A stretch of 47,872 nucleotides of DNA from an uncultured Desulfobacterales bacterium (GTDB taxonomy: Bacteria; Myxococcota_A; UBA9160; JAFDET01): NCBI GenBank assembly GCA_964194905.1, contig CAXMOD010000249.1, positions 1-47,872 of the forward strand. Reading direction: 5' to 3'. The notes under the pieces were generated by a model. That model ran no database searches, had not been told where the DNA came from, and saw nothing but the letters and a program-made list of their open reading frames with translations. Positions within the stretch are counted from its first letter, which is position 1. Each line of letters starts with the position of its first letter. Below are positions 8,728-17,331 of the stretch, piece by piece. The translations under genes and the position numbers were made by a program.

Positions 8728-10593
8728 GTGATGAACCACGCGCACGCAAAGGGTCGGGGGGCCGTTGCGCTGGCCGTGGCGCTCGCACTGGTGGGCGCGG
8801 CCCACGCCGTCAGTCTGCGCGTAGGCCTGGTGTGGGACGACCACCATCTGCTGGGGACGCACGGCGTAGCGCAGCGCGCCGAGAGCTGGACGGACCTGTT
8901 CACGTCGCGCTTCTTCGAGGTGGAGGGCCAGGAGGCTCGCGGCGCATCCTACTACCGACCGCTGACACTGCTCACCCTGCGGGCCAGCCATTCGCTCCCG
9001 CTGCAGCACGCCGCCAACCTTCTGGTGCACCTCGGCGTCTGCGCACTGGTGTTCGCCGGGGCGCGGAGAGCGGGAGCGCGCCCGGCGGCCGCCGCACTGG
9101 CGGCGGCGCTGTTCGGCACGGTCCCGCGCCTGACCGAATCCGTGGCCATCCTCTCGAGCCGCACCGACCTGCTGGCGAGTCTCGGCGTGCTGGGCATGCT
9201 GGTCGTGCACTCGAGCGAGCCCGCCGCGCACGGTCGGCGCTGGGCTGCCGCTGCACTGCTCTTTGCCGCCCTGCTTTGCAAAGAAGTGGCCCTCGCGGGC
9301 TTCGTCGCTCTCGCGGCGCTCGAGTGGGCGCGCGGGCCGCGCCGCTTCGACCTGGAGTCGGGCACGCCGTTCGGCAACCTGGTGCCGGCCGCGACCGTGC
9401 TCGCTGCGGTGCTCGCGCTGCGAACGGCGGCCCAGGTACCGACCTCCGCCGAGCCGTTGGCCGCCCTGCCCCAGCGCGCGCTGTTCGGGCTGCACACCCT
9501 GGGCACCTACATCGGCATGCTCCTGACACCGTGGGACCCGCAGCTCGTGATCGGAACGATCGGCTGGGTGGATCCCGTGCAGGTCGCGCTGGGCGGACTC
9601 GCGGCGCTCGCGCTCCTCGCTGCGATCGCTGCACTCGTGGCCGGCCGAGTTCCCGCACGCCACGCGGGCTGGCTCGGGCTTGCGCTGGCCGCGCTGCTGC
9701 CGGTTCTGCACATCGTCCCGCTGCCCATGCGCACGATGGCGGCGGACCGCTTCCTCTACCTGCCCCTCGCCGCCGGAGCCATCGGTCTCGCCCTGCTCCT
9801 GCCGCGTGCCGACGCGCCGCGGGCGCGCCCGCTCTACGCCGCGCTGGTGGCGGGCGCAGTGCTCTTCGCGGCGCTGAGTTCCGTGCGCACCGACGCCTTC
9901 CGCGACGAGCTCTCGCTCTGGGAGCACGAGGCCGCGCGCGCACACCCCGGCAACGGGCAGCCCCACTTCGAGCTGGCCACGCGCGTCGCCTGGCGCGGCG
10001 ACGACGTCCGCGCCGTCGCGCTCTACGCCGAGAGCCTGCGCCGCGAGCGCGCCCTCAGCGAACGCTTCGGAGCCTGGCGCGCCCCGGACCCCCTGCTCGC
10101 CAACTACGGGCTCGTGCTGTCGAGCGTCGGGCGCAGCGATCAGGCCGTGCACATCCTCGACACCCTCGTCGCCGCGCGGCCCGAGGTCGCCGTCTACCGC
10201 CTCTACCTGGGCAGCGCTCTCTCGCGCGCGCTGCGCTTCGCCGAAGCGGACACGGCCCTGGCCGGCGCGCTGTCGCTCTATCCCGACTACACCCTCGCCC
10301 AGCAGGCCCGCGCGCAGAACGCCCGTGCTGCCGCGTGGTGGGAGGCTCTTCCCGAGGAGCGCGCCGACGAGCCGACGGCGCTGCGCGCCCGGCGCGCGCA
10401 GGTGTACCAGTGGGTGGGCCGGCTGGACCGCGCGGCGACCCTGTGGGCGGATGTGGCGCGGGCGCCCGACGCGGGCGAGCCCGAGCTGGACGCAGCGCGG
10501 CGCGCGTTGGACCAGCAGCGACGAGCGCTGGGCGAGACGGCGACCACGCGCGCCCTCGCGGCGGCCCTGGCCGAGCGGGACCGGCGCGGCTGA
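8728..10593 (+). CDS. TMTC-like (GT-C fold) membrane glycosyltransferase with C-terminal TPR repeats, paralog B
   Basis: LVWDD, YYRPL, PRLTESVA..SRTDL, KEVA, ADRFLYLP, DELSLW, TPR-like tail with LYPDY. Collinear with 446..2362. Confidence 0.78.
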   Translation: MMNHAHAKGRGAVALAVALALVGAAHAVSLRVGLVWDDHHLLGTHGVAQRAESWTDLFTSRFFEVEGQEARGASYYRPLTLLTLRASHSLPLQHAANLLVHLGVCALVFAGARRAGARPAAAALAAALFGTVPRLTESVAILSSRTDLLASLGVLGMLVVHSSEPAAHGRRWAAAALLFAALLCKEVALAGFVALAALEWARGPRRFDLESGTPFGNLVPAATVLAAVLALRTAAQVPTSAEPLAALPQRALFGLHTLGTYIGMLLTPWDPQLVIGTIGWVDPVQVALGGLAALALLAAIAALVAGRVPARHAGWLGLALAALLPVLHIVPLPMRTMAADRFLYLPLAAGAIGLALLLPRADAPRARPLYAALVAGAVLFAALSSVRTDAFRDELSLWEHEAARAHPGNGQPHFELATRVAWRGDDVRAVALYAESLRRERALSERFGAWRAPDPLLANYGLVLSSVGRSDQAVHILDTLVAARPEVAVYRLYLGSALSRALRFAEADTALAGALSLYPDYTLAQQARAQNARAAAWWEALPEERADEPTALRARRAQVYQWVGRLDRAATLWADVARAPDAGEPELDAARRALDQQRRALGETATTRALAAALAERDRRG

Positions 10594-10651
10594 CGCAGCC
10601 GGCCGGCCTGCCCGACGCAGCGGGAAGGCTGCTGCGATAGGCTCCCGCGCG

Positions 10652-11293
10652 GTGAGCGACTTCGCCTTCGCATTCATCGACATGGAGTTCGGCGGCCTCG
10701 ACCCCGAGCTCCACGACATCACCGAGATCGCGGTGATCCTGACCGACTATCGCCTGGCCGAGCTGGCGCAGGCCGAGTGGAAGGTGATCGCCCGCGCGGA
10801 TCGCGTGACGCCCGAAGCCGCAGCCATCTCGGGATACGACCCGGAGGAGTGGAAGGACGCGCTGCCCGTGCGGCGCGCGCTCACCGAGCTGACCGCCATG
10901 CTGCCCAAGGGCAAGACCGTGGTGCCCGCCGGCCAGAATGTGCGCATGGACGTGCAGTTCCTCGAACGGGCGTACAAGAGCTGCGAGATCCCCTTCCCGT
11001 TCGACTACCACGTGATCGACCTCGCCACGCTCTTCTACACGTGGTCGCTGGTCGCCGGCCGGCCGATCCCTGCCCTCTCGCTACGCCAGGCCGCGACGCT
11101 GGCCGGCCTGACCGACGGCGTGGTCGAGCACCGCGCCATGGCGGACACACGACTCACCCTGGAGGCGTTCCGCCACTACGTGGGACGGCTGGCGCTGCGC
11201 CCGCTCGAAGACGCTCCCTCGGAAGCCCCCCCGTCGGGTGCATCCGACTCCGACCCGGACGCGGCGGCGCCAGGCGGCGACGCCTCCGGCTGA
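10652..11293 (+). CDS. DEDDh 3'-5' exonuclease (DnaQ/oligoribonuclease-like)
   Basis: ExoI DMEFGGL, ExoII GQNVRMD, ExoIII HRAMAD. GTG start inferred. Confidence 0.85.
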   Translation: MSDFAFAFIDMEFGGLDPELHDITEIAVILTDYRLAELAQAEWKVIARADRVTPEAAAISGYDPEEWKDALPVRRALTELTAMLPKGKTVVPAGQNVRMDVQFLERAYKSCEIPFPFDYHVIDLATLFYTWSLVAGRPIPALSLRQAATLAGLTDGVVEHRAMADTRLTLEAFRHYVGRLALRPLEDAPSEAPPSGASDSDPDAAAPGGDASG

Positions 11294-11856
11294 GTCTCGG
11301 GCTCCACGCGCATGCGCCACTTCGCGACCGCGCGGCGGTCGAACCAGGCGAGCAACGGGAGCAGCGAGCGCGCGCCGACGCCGCCGGGCCGGAAGCACAC
11401 CGCCGACGCGAAGTCGATCAGAACGGGGCGGCCCCTTTCATCGGCGAGGACATTGCTGCGGTGGCGCAGGTCGAGGTGCGCCACGCCGCGGGCGTGCATC
11501 CGGTCCACCGCGGCCGCCAGCTCGTCGGTAAAGCCCGCCGGCACGCGGCCGCGCAGCCGCCGCGACACGCGCTCGCCCGGCCGGTACTCCACGACGAAGG
11601 CGCGTTCGTCCAGGATCCCGAGCACCCGGGGCACGGCCGGGTGCCCTTCCAGCTGCGCGTAGGCGTCGAGTTCCCGGCGCATGAGCCAGGGCCCCAGCCA
11701 GCGCCGCACCACCCAGCCGCGCGGCGCGAAGTCCTTCACGACCAGCGGTCCCGTCTCCCCCTGCACGAGGTAGACGTCGGGATTGCGGCGCGCGCCGCGC
11801 TTCAGCACCTGGAGGATGCGATCCGGGAGGGTGGAGCGAGAGAGCCCGTCCTGCAC
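11176..11856 (-). CDS. protein-kinase-like (RIO/Kdo/APH superfamily) protein
   Basis: VVKDF, RELDAY, HLDLRHRSNVL catalytic loop, LIDFA. Confidence 0.75.
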   Translation of the reverse strand: MQDGLSRSTLPDRILQVLKRGARRNPDVYLVQGETGPLVVKDFAPRGWVVRRWLGPWLMRRELDAYAQLEGHPAVPRVLGILDERAFVVEYRPGERVSRRLRGRVPAGFTDELAAAVDRMHARGVAHLDLRHRSNVLADERGRPVLIDFASAVCFRPGGVGARSLLPLLAWFDRRAVAKWRMRVEPETQPEASPPGAAASGSESDAPDGGASEGASSSGRSASRPT

Positions 11857-11876
11857 GGGCCGGAGCGTAGCGGGCG

Positions 11877-12101
11877 TCAGTCCTCGGAGCCGCCGCCCTC
11901 GGCGGCATCGATCTGGCGCAGGAGAACGGCCCAGAGCTTGCGGCGCAGCCGCTCCCGGAACAGCGGGTCGGCATCCACCGGCCCGGAATCCGCCTCGAGG
12001 AACTCCCTCAGCTCTTCTTCGAATCCGGCGCTCATTTCCGAGTTCACATCCGACTCCCGCTCGTCCGATTCGGTCTCGCCCTCATCCCCCCGACGGGGCA
12101 T
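11877..12101 (-). CDS. small acidic soluble protein, candidate anti-sigma/sigma partner
   Basis: 74 aa. ATG overlaps the TGA of the upstream ECF sigma (TGATG). Helical motif EELREFL...DPLFRERLRRKLW. Confidence 0.6.
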   Translation of the reverse strand: MPRRGDEGETESDERESDVNSEMSAGFEEELREFLEADSGPVDADPLFRERLRRKLWAVLLRQIDAAEGGGSED

Positions 12102-12751
12102 CAGGCCGCACTCCAGTTTTGCGGCTGTGCCGGGGCGTCTCCCCGCTGAGCCTCGACTGCGTCCAGCAACAACCGCTTGACCCGGTAGAGGCTCGAGCGT
12201 ACGGCGTCTCCGCTGCGCTGGGTGCGCTGTGCGATTTCACGGATCGGCAGGTTCTCTTCATGCCTGAGCTTGAAGACGTCCGCCTGCCACGGCGACACCG
12301 CCCCGAGCTGCTTTTCGATCGCAGCCATGCAGCGCTGCAGGGTGAGTGTCTCCTCCGGCGTGCAGGTCGCGAATCCATCCAGCGGATGAACGTCCTCCGG
12401 CACGACGTCGGCGAGGAGTTCGTCCGCATTGCGCAAGCGACGCACGTGGTTGTTCACCGTGTTGCGGGCGATGCCGAAGATCCAGGTCAATAACTGCGAG
12501 TCACCGCGGAAGGCCGGAAGCGACTTGGAAACGACGGTGAAGACGTCCTGCACCACCTCTTCCGCGTCCTCCCGGTTGCGCAGGCGCACCGCCGTGAAGG
12601 CGTGGACGCGCGGGAAGTAACGCGCGTACAACTCGTTGAAGTGGAGCTCGCTGCCCGCGCGGATGGCGTCGAGCAGCTGTTCGTCGCTGAGCTCTCGGAG
12701 GTCCTGACGTGCGAGTGCGTGGGCCAACGCGGCATCCTTGCGTCGTCCCAT
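12101..12751 (-). CDS. ECF-family RNA polymerase sigma-70 factor (copy B)
   Basis: Region 2 DAEEVVQDVF..FRGDSQLLTWIFGIARN; region 4 LPIREIA...AVRSSLYRVKRLL. Start approximate. Confidence 0.9.
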   Translation of the reverse strand: MGRRKDAALAHALARQDLRELSDEQLLDAIRAGSELHFNELYARYFPRVHAFTAVRLRNREDAEEVVQDVFTVVSKSLPAFRGDSQLLTWIFGIARNTVNNHVRRLRNADELLADVVPEDVHPLDGFATCTPEETLTLQRCMAAIEKQLGAVSPWQADVFKLRHEENLPIREIAQRTQRSGDAVRSSLYRVKRLLLDAVEAQRGDAPAQPQNWSAA

Positions 12752-12927
12752 TCCCAGGTGGGCACCCGAGGCGGGCCTTGAGCCACGCATCGCCCCCGAG
12801 GATTGAGTGGGTGGCAGGCGTCATGACGTGGCGCAGCCGGCCCGAAAGAGTTCGCTTTTCCGGACGGATCCGGGGTTTTCTCCGATGGCGGAGGCCCCCG
12901 GGGGGGGGGCACTGGCGGTGTGCCCGG

Positions 12928-13518
12928 CTAGGACTTCAGCAGGCTCTCGAGGTCCGGGGCCGCCTCCAGGAGCGCCTTGCGCATGCGGTAGAGGTTGGCC
13001 TTCACGGCGTCCTCGGACTTGCCCAGCGCCTCCGCGATGGCCCGGATGGACTGCCGACGCAGGTGCTTCAGATGGAAGATCCGACGCTGGAGGGGCGTCA
13101 GGTCGCGCTGGATCACTTCCTCGCAGCGCTCGAGGATGCGCCGGGCCTCGGCGGCGCGGTCCGGAGGCGCCTCGTTTCCAGCGATGTCGCCCGCCCCGCC
13201 TCCCCCGTCCAGGGGCTCCATGCGCGGGCGACGGCGGCGGAAGCGGCGGTTCACCGTGTTGCGCGTGATCCCGAAGATCCAGACCAGCAGGCTGGAGTTC
13301 CCCCGAAAGCTGGGGAGCACCCGGAAGACGGTCAAGAAGACTTCCTGGCTAACGTCCTCGGCCTCCCCGGAGTCGCCCAGCCGCTTCAGGGCGAAGCGGT
13401 AGACGCGGGGAAAGTACGTTTCGTAGAGCAGGTCGAAATGCTCGCGACTTCCGCCGATGATCGCATCGACGAGCTCGCGGTCGTCCGACCACGCTTCAGG
13501 GTGCGCCAACTCTTGCAC
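12928..13518 (-). CDS. ECF-family RNA polymerase sigma-70 factor (copy A)
   Basis: EAEDVSQEVF..FRGNSSLLVWIFGITRN; SIRAIAEALGKSEDAVKANLYRMRK. The start must lie downstream of the sigma54 promoter, so the ORF-track start at 13710 is too long; exact start uncertain. Confidence 0.9.
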   Translation of the reverse strand: MQELAHPEAWSDDRELVDAIIGGSREHFDLLYETYFPRVYRFALKRLGDSGEAEDVSQEVFLTVFRVLPSFRGNSSLLVWIFGITRNTVNRRFRRRRPRMEPLDGGGGAGDIAGNEAPPDRAAEARRILERCEEVIQRDLTPLQRRIFHLKHLRRQSIRAIAEALGKSEDAVKANLYRMRKALLEAAPDLESLLKS

Positions 13519-13663
13519 TGCCTCCAGACGCACTTCGGAGGCCGATTCGAACAGGGGGGACCGATTCCGGAAATCTCGATTGGGGACGTGGCTTTCCGGG
13601 GGGCTCTCCTCTACTCGCTTCAAGCTTCTCAGAAGTGGGGACTCGCGTCCCGGGTAGAGGAAG

Positions 13664-13679
13664 AGCAAGGGTTGTGCCA
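13664..13679 (-). promoter_or_regulatory. sigma54 (-24/-12) promoter upstream of the ECF pair
   Basis: Minus strand TGGCACAACCCTTGCT = TGGCAC-N5-TTGCT, in an AT-enriched intergenic region. Confidence 0.78.
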
Positions 13680-13707
13680 GAACGGACCCCAAGGCAATAT
13701 TCCTGGC

Positions 13708-13720
13708 CAACTACCTGAAA
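13708..13720 (-). promoter_or_regulatory. IHF-like binding site
   Basis: TTTCAGGTAGTTG has one mismatch to WATCARNNNNTTR, is preceded by an A/T tract, and lies about 30 bp upstream of the sigma54 -24 box. Confidence 0.5.
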
Positions 13721-13795
13721 CAAAAGGAGTTTCTTGGTTCCAGGTGGACGCCTGAGTGAAACGGGTTCCTCATTCAGGGGGGCAATTTCTTTCCG

Positions 13796-14137
13796 CTATT
13801 GGGAAAGCTGTGACAGAGATTCTCGGGTGAATTCCCTTAGGGTGAAAGCCTCTTCACCGGGCATCTCGTCGCAGTCGAAGGCAACTGCGAAGCCCATCCC
13901 CGGGTCGCGCCGGGCCACCCTCCCGTGCAGGCGCAGAATCGCCGGATGGCCCGGCAGCTCCAGCAGCACGCGGGCGGCCACGTCCGCGAGCGGCGGCTCC
14001 ACTGCCAACAGATAGATGCCCGACTCGGACAGGTCCCGGGTAGTCAAGAAGACCTGATGGGCCGGGTCCTCGTAGGCCGCCTCCAAGCGAAGCCGGACGC
14101 GCGGGAAGCCGCGTTTGTTGTCGGGAGGCTCGCTCAT
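13796..14137 (-). CDS. single-domain PilZ c-di-GMP receptor
   Basis: RxxxR (RGFPR) and DxSxxG (DLSESG) motifs, 113 aa. Confidence 0.88.
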   Translation of the reverse strand: MSEPPDNKRGFPRVRLRLEAAYEDPAHQVFLTTRDLSESGIYLLAVEPPLADVAARVLLELPGHPAILRLHGRVARRDPGMGFAVAFDCDEMPGEEAFTLREFTRESLSQLSQ

Positions 14138-14146
14138 CGGGGGAGG

Positions 14147-14659
14147 CTAGATCTTGCCGGGCTGGATCCACCAGGTGCCGTCGCGGCGCTCCCAGTGGTC
14201 CTCCCGGAACGAGTCGGTCTTGCCCGGACGCAGCGGCAGCCCGTCCTCACCCACGAACTTCACCTTTACGCGGGCACGGCCCGGGGCGTCGAAGATGAAC
14301 TCGGTGACCTCCACTCCGACGGGCCGGTTCTGCTCGAAGTGGGCGCCGTCCAGAGACGCAGCCAGATCGGCGTAGTAGTCGTCGAAGGCGCCCGGGGTCT
14401 GGAAGTACTCGCGCAGCACCCGGTCCTGGTAGGTGGCGTAGGTGTTCACGCGCCGATAGGAAAGCCTCTCGTAGAAGGCCAGGGCCCGGGTGTGGAAGTC
14501 GGTTACGCCGCGGAAGTCCACGATCTCCACCCCGTGGTCCGGGTCGCCCCGGGGGCCGGGATCGCTCCACGGCCAGCTCGGCCAGCTCCAGCCGGAGCAG
14601 CCCAGCGACCCCGCCAGCCCGATCAGCGCCAGCGCGTGGACGAGCCGATGCCCCCTCAT
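14147..14659 (-). CDS. hypothetical lipoprotein
   Basis: Signal peptide with lipobox SLG|C. ATGA overlap with the ppdK stop and a GAGGAGG SD. Confidence 0.7.
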   Translation of the reverse strand: MRGHRLVHALALIGLAGSLGCSGWSWPSWPWSDPGPRGDPDHGVEIVDFRGVTDFHTRALAFYERLSYRRVNTYATYQDRVLREYFQTPGAFDDYYADLAASLDGAHFEQNRPVGVEVTEFIFDAPGRARVKVKFVGEDGLPLRPGKTDSFREDHWERRDGTWWIQPGKI

Positions 14660-17331
14660 CGTTCCTCCTCGATCGCGGCCTGGGCCGCGGCCAGCCGGGC
14701 CACGGGCACCCGGAACGGCGAACAGGAAACATAGTCGAGCCCTGCCCGGGCGCAGAATCGCACGCTGCGAGCGTCGCCGCCGTGCTCGCCGCAGATGCCC
14801 ACCTTGAGGTGGGGCCGGGTCGCCCGCCCGCCCTCCACCCCGATGCGCACCAGCTCGCCGATGCCTGATTCGTCGATCGACACGAACGGGTCCGTGTCGA
14901 GCACCCCCTGCTCTACGTAGTCCCCGAGGAAGCGACCGGCGTCGTCCCGCGACATCGCGTAGCCCATCTGGGTGAGGTCGTTGGTCCCGAACGAGAAGAA
15001 GTCGGCGAAGCGAGCGATCTCCCCGGCGGTCAGGGCCGCCCGGGGCACCTCGATCATGCTGCCGACGCGCGGCCGCAGGCGGACGCCCTGCTCGCGCTGC
15101 ACGGCACGGATTTCCTCCTCCACGTGGCCGCGCACCAGCTCGAGCTCGCGCACGTGGGCCACCAGCGGAACCATGATCTCGGGCTGGACGCGCACGCCGG
15201 AGAGTGACACCTCGCAGGCCGCCTCCATGATGGCTCGCGTCTGCATCTGGTAGATCTCCGGGAAGGTGATCCCCAGGCGGCAGCCGCGATGGCCCAGCAT
15301 GGGGTTCCACTCGCGCAGGCCTTCGACCTTGGCGCGCACCTCCGCCACGTCCGCGCCCAGCTCGTGGGCCAGCTCGCGCAGCTCGCCCTCATCGTGGGGC
15401 AGGAACTCGTGCAGCGGCGGGTCCAGCAACCGGATGGTCACCGGCAGGCCTTCCATGGCCCGGAAGATGCCCACGAAGTCGCCGCGCTGAATCGGGAGCA
15501 GGTTGCGCAGCGCGGCCTCGCGCTCCGACCGGTCCGCGGCCAGGATCATGCGGCGCATCTCGAGGATGCGGCGCGGCTCGAAGAACATGTGTTCGGTACG
15601 ACAGAGTCCGATTCCCTCGGCGCCGAACTGGCGAGCGATCTTGGCATCCTGCGGCGTGTCGGCGTTGGTTCGCACGCGCAGCTTACGCGCACGGTCGGCC
15701 CAGGTCATGAGCTCGGCGAAGGCGCCGCCCAGCTCGGGCGTGACGGTGGGCACGCGGCCCAGGATTACCTCGCCGGTGGAGCCGTCGAGGGTGAGCGGGT
15801 CACCCTCGCGAAGCACGTGCTCGCCCACCTGCGCCTCGCCGGCACGGGCGTCGATGCGCAACGCCCCGCAGCCGGTCACCGCGCAGATGCCCATGCCGCG
15901 CGCCACCACCGCCGCGTGGGACGTCATGCCACCGCGCGCCGTCAGGATGCCCTCCGAGGCGTACATGCCGTGGATGTCCTCGGGCGAGGTCTCGAGGCGC
16001 ACCAGGATCACCTTCTCACCGGCCTTGGCGCGCACCTCGGCCACGTCCGCGCTGAAGACCACGCTGCCCACAGCAGCGCCCGGCGAGGCCGGCAGCCCCT
16101 TGGCCACCACGGCGCGCTCGGCCTTGGGATCGAGGGTCGGGTGCAGCAGCCGATCGAGCGACCCCGGTTCTACCCGACACACCGCCTGTCGGCGCGTGAT
16201 GAGCCGCTCGTGGGCCATGTCCACCGCGATGCGCACGGCCGCCTGCACGGTGCGCTTGCCACTGCGGGTCTGGAGCAGCCAGAGCTTCCCCCGCTGGATG
16301 GTGAACTCGATGTCCTGCATGTCGCGGTAGTGCCGCTCCAGCCTCTTCTGGATGGAGAAGAGCTCGCGGTACGCCGCGGGCATGGTCTCTTCGAGCGAAG
16401 GCGCGTCACTCCCCACCACGCTCTCGGCGTTGAGTGGCCGCGGTGTGCGGATGCCGGCCACCACGTCCTCGCCCTGGGCGTTCGGCAGGTACTCGCCGAA
16501 GAAGATACGCTCGCCGGTCGAGGGATCACGGGTGAATGCGACACCGGTCGCACAGTCGTCGCCCATGTTTCCGAAGACCATGGCCTGCACGTTCACGGCG
16601 GTGCCCCAGTCGTCCGGAATGTTGTTCAGACGCCGGTACGTGGCGGCACGCGGATTGCGCCAGCTGCTGAACACGGCGGCGACCGCTCCCCACAGCTGGG
16701 CCTTGGGACCGTCCGGAAATGGCGCCCCGGTATGTTCCTGCACCAGCTCGCGGAACTCGCGCACGAGGGCGCGCAGAGCGTCGGCGTCGAGCTCGGTGTC
16801 CAGCCGAACACCGCGGTCTTCCTTGGCGTGCTCGAGGCGGGTCTCGAAGCGCTCCGCCGGAACGCCCAGCACCACGTCGCCGTACATCTGCACGAAGCGC
16901 CGGTAGCTGTCGTAGGCGAAGCGCGGGGTGGCCTGTCCGGCGAGTCCCTCCACCGTGTGCTGGTTGAGCCCCAGGTTGAGGACCGTGTCCATCATGCCCG
17001 GCATGGAGACGCGCGCGCCCGAGCGCACCGAGACGAGGAGCGGGTTCGCCGGGTCGCCGAAGCGCGCACCCATCGCCTTCTCGAGACGCGTCAGCGCGGC
17101 CAACACCTGCTCGCGCAGCGTGCGTGGCAGGCGGCCGCCACGCCGGTTGCTCTCGGCGCAGGCCTCGGTCGAGAGGGTGAAGCCGGGCGGCACGGGGATG
17201 CCGAGACGGGTCATCTCGGCCAGGTTGGCGCCCTTGCCCCCCAGTAGCTCGTGCATGCCGGCGCGACCCTGCGCCTTGCCCGCCCCGAAGGAATAGACCC
17301 AGCGGGGAGAGCGCTTGCGCGCGGAGTTCAC
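14656..17331 (-). CDS. ppdK: pyruvate, phosphate dikinase
   Basis: LGGKGANLAEM, SVRSGARVSMPGMMDT, GGMTSHAAVVARG (phospho-His), GLCRTEHMF, GICGEHGG. Confidence 0.97.
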   Translation of the reverse strand: MNSARKRSPRWVYSFGAGKAQGRAGMHELLGGKGANLAEMTRLGIPVPPGFTLSTEACAESNRRGGRLPRTLREQVLAALTRLEKAMGARFGDPANPLLVSVRSGARVSMPGMMDTVLNLGLNQHTVEGLAGQATPRFAYDSYRRFVQMYGDVVLGVPAERFETRLEHAKEDRGVRLDTELDADALRALVREFRELVQEHTGAPFPDGPKAQLWGAVAAVFSSWRNPRAATYRRLNNIPDDWGTAVNVQAMVFGNMGDDCATGVAFTRDPSTGERIFFGEYLPNAQGEDVVAGIRTPRPLNAESVVGSDAPSLEETMPAAYRELFSIQKRLERHYRDMQDIEFTIQRGKLWLLQTRSGKRTVQAAVRIAVDMAHERLITRRQAVCRVEPGSLDRLLHPTLDPKAERAVVAKGLPASPGAAVGSVVFSADVAEVRAKAGEKVILVRLETSPEDIHGMYASEGILTARGGMTSHAAVVARGMGICAVTGCGALRIDARAGEAQVGEHVLREGDPLTLDGSTGEVILGRVPTVTPELGGAFAELMTWADRARKLRVRTNADTPQDAKIARQFGAEGIGLCRTEHMFFEPRRILEMRRMILAADRSEREAALRNLLPIQRGDFVGIFRAMEGLPVTIRLLDPPLHEFLPHDEGELRELAHELGADVAEVRAKVEGLREWNPMLGHRGCRLGITFPEIYQMQTRAIMEAACEVSLSGVRVQPEIMVPLVAHVRELELVRGHVEEEIRAVQREQGVRLRPRVGSMIEVPRAALTAGEIARFADFFSFGTNDLTQMGYAMSRDDAGRFLGDYVEQGVLDTDPFVSIDESGIGELVRIGVEGGRATRPHLKVGICGEHGGDARSVRFCARAGLDYVSCSPFRVPVARLAAAQAAIEEER

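Noticed and set aside
8305-10722. Long antisense and alternate-frame ORFs (e.g. 8305..10722, 15289..17247, 35478..37646, 41928..44096)
   Set aside because: These are shadow ORFs expected in high-GC DNA with few stop codons. Each overlaps a well-supported gene and shows no family motifs.
11176-13518. ECF activation by direct phosphorylation (EcfK/EcfP-type) by the neighbouring kinase
   Set aside because: Both ECFs keep the acidic DAED-like motif (DAEE, EAED) that phosphorylation-dependent ECFs replace with Ser/Thr, and the kinase is not an obvious Hanks-type membrane kinase.
13811-13825. TGACA-GAGAT-TCTCG as a second copy of the pilA enhancer motif upstream of the ECF sigma54 promoter
   Set aside because: Only one half-site resembles the motif and it lies within the PilZ coding sequence. 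Too weak to claim co-regulation.
13540-13870. Lower-GC patch as horizontally acquired DNA or an ncRNA
   Set aside because: It is explained by the sigma54/IHF regulatory region and the PilZ 3' end. No recognisable RNA structure was found.
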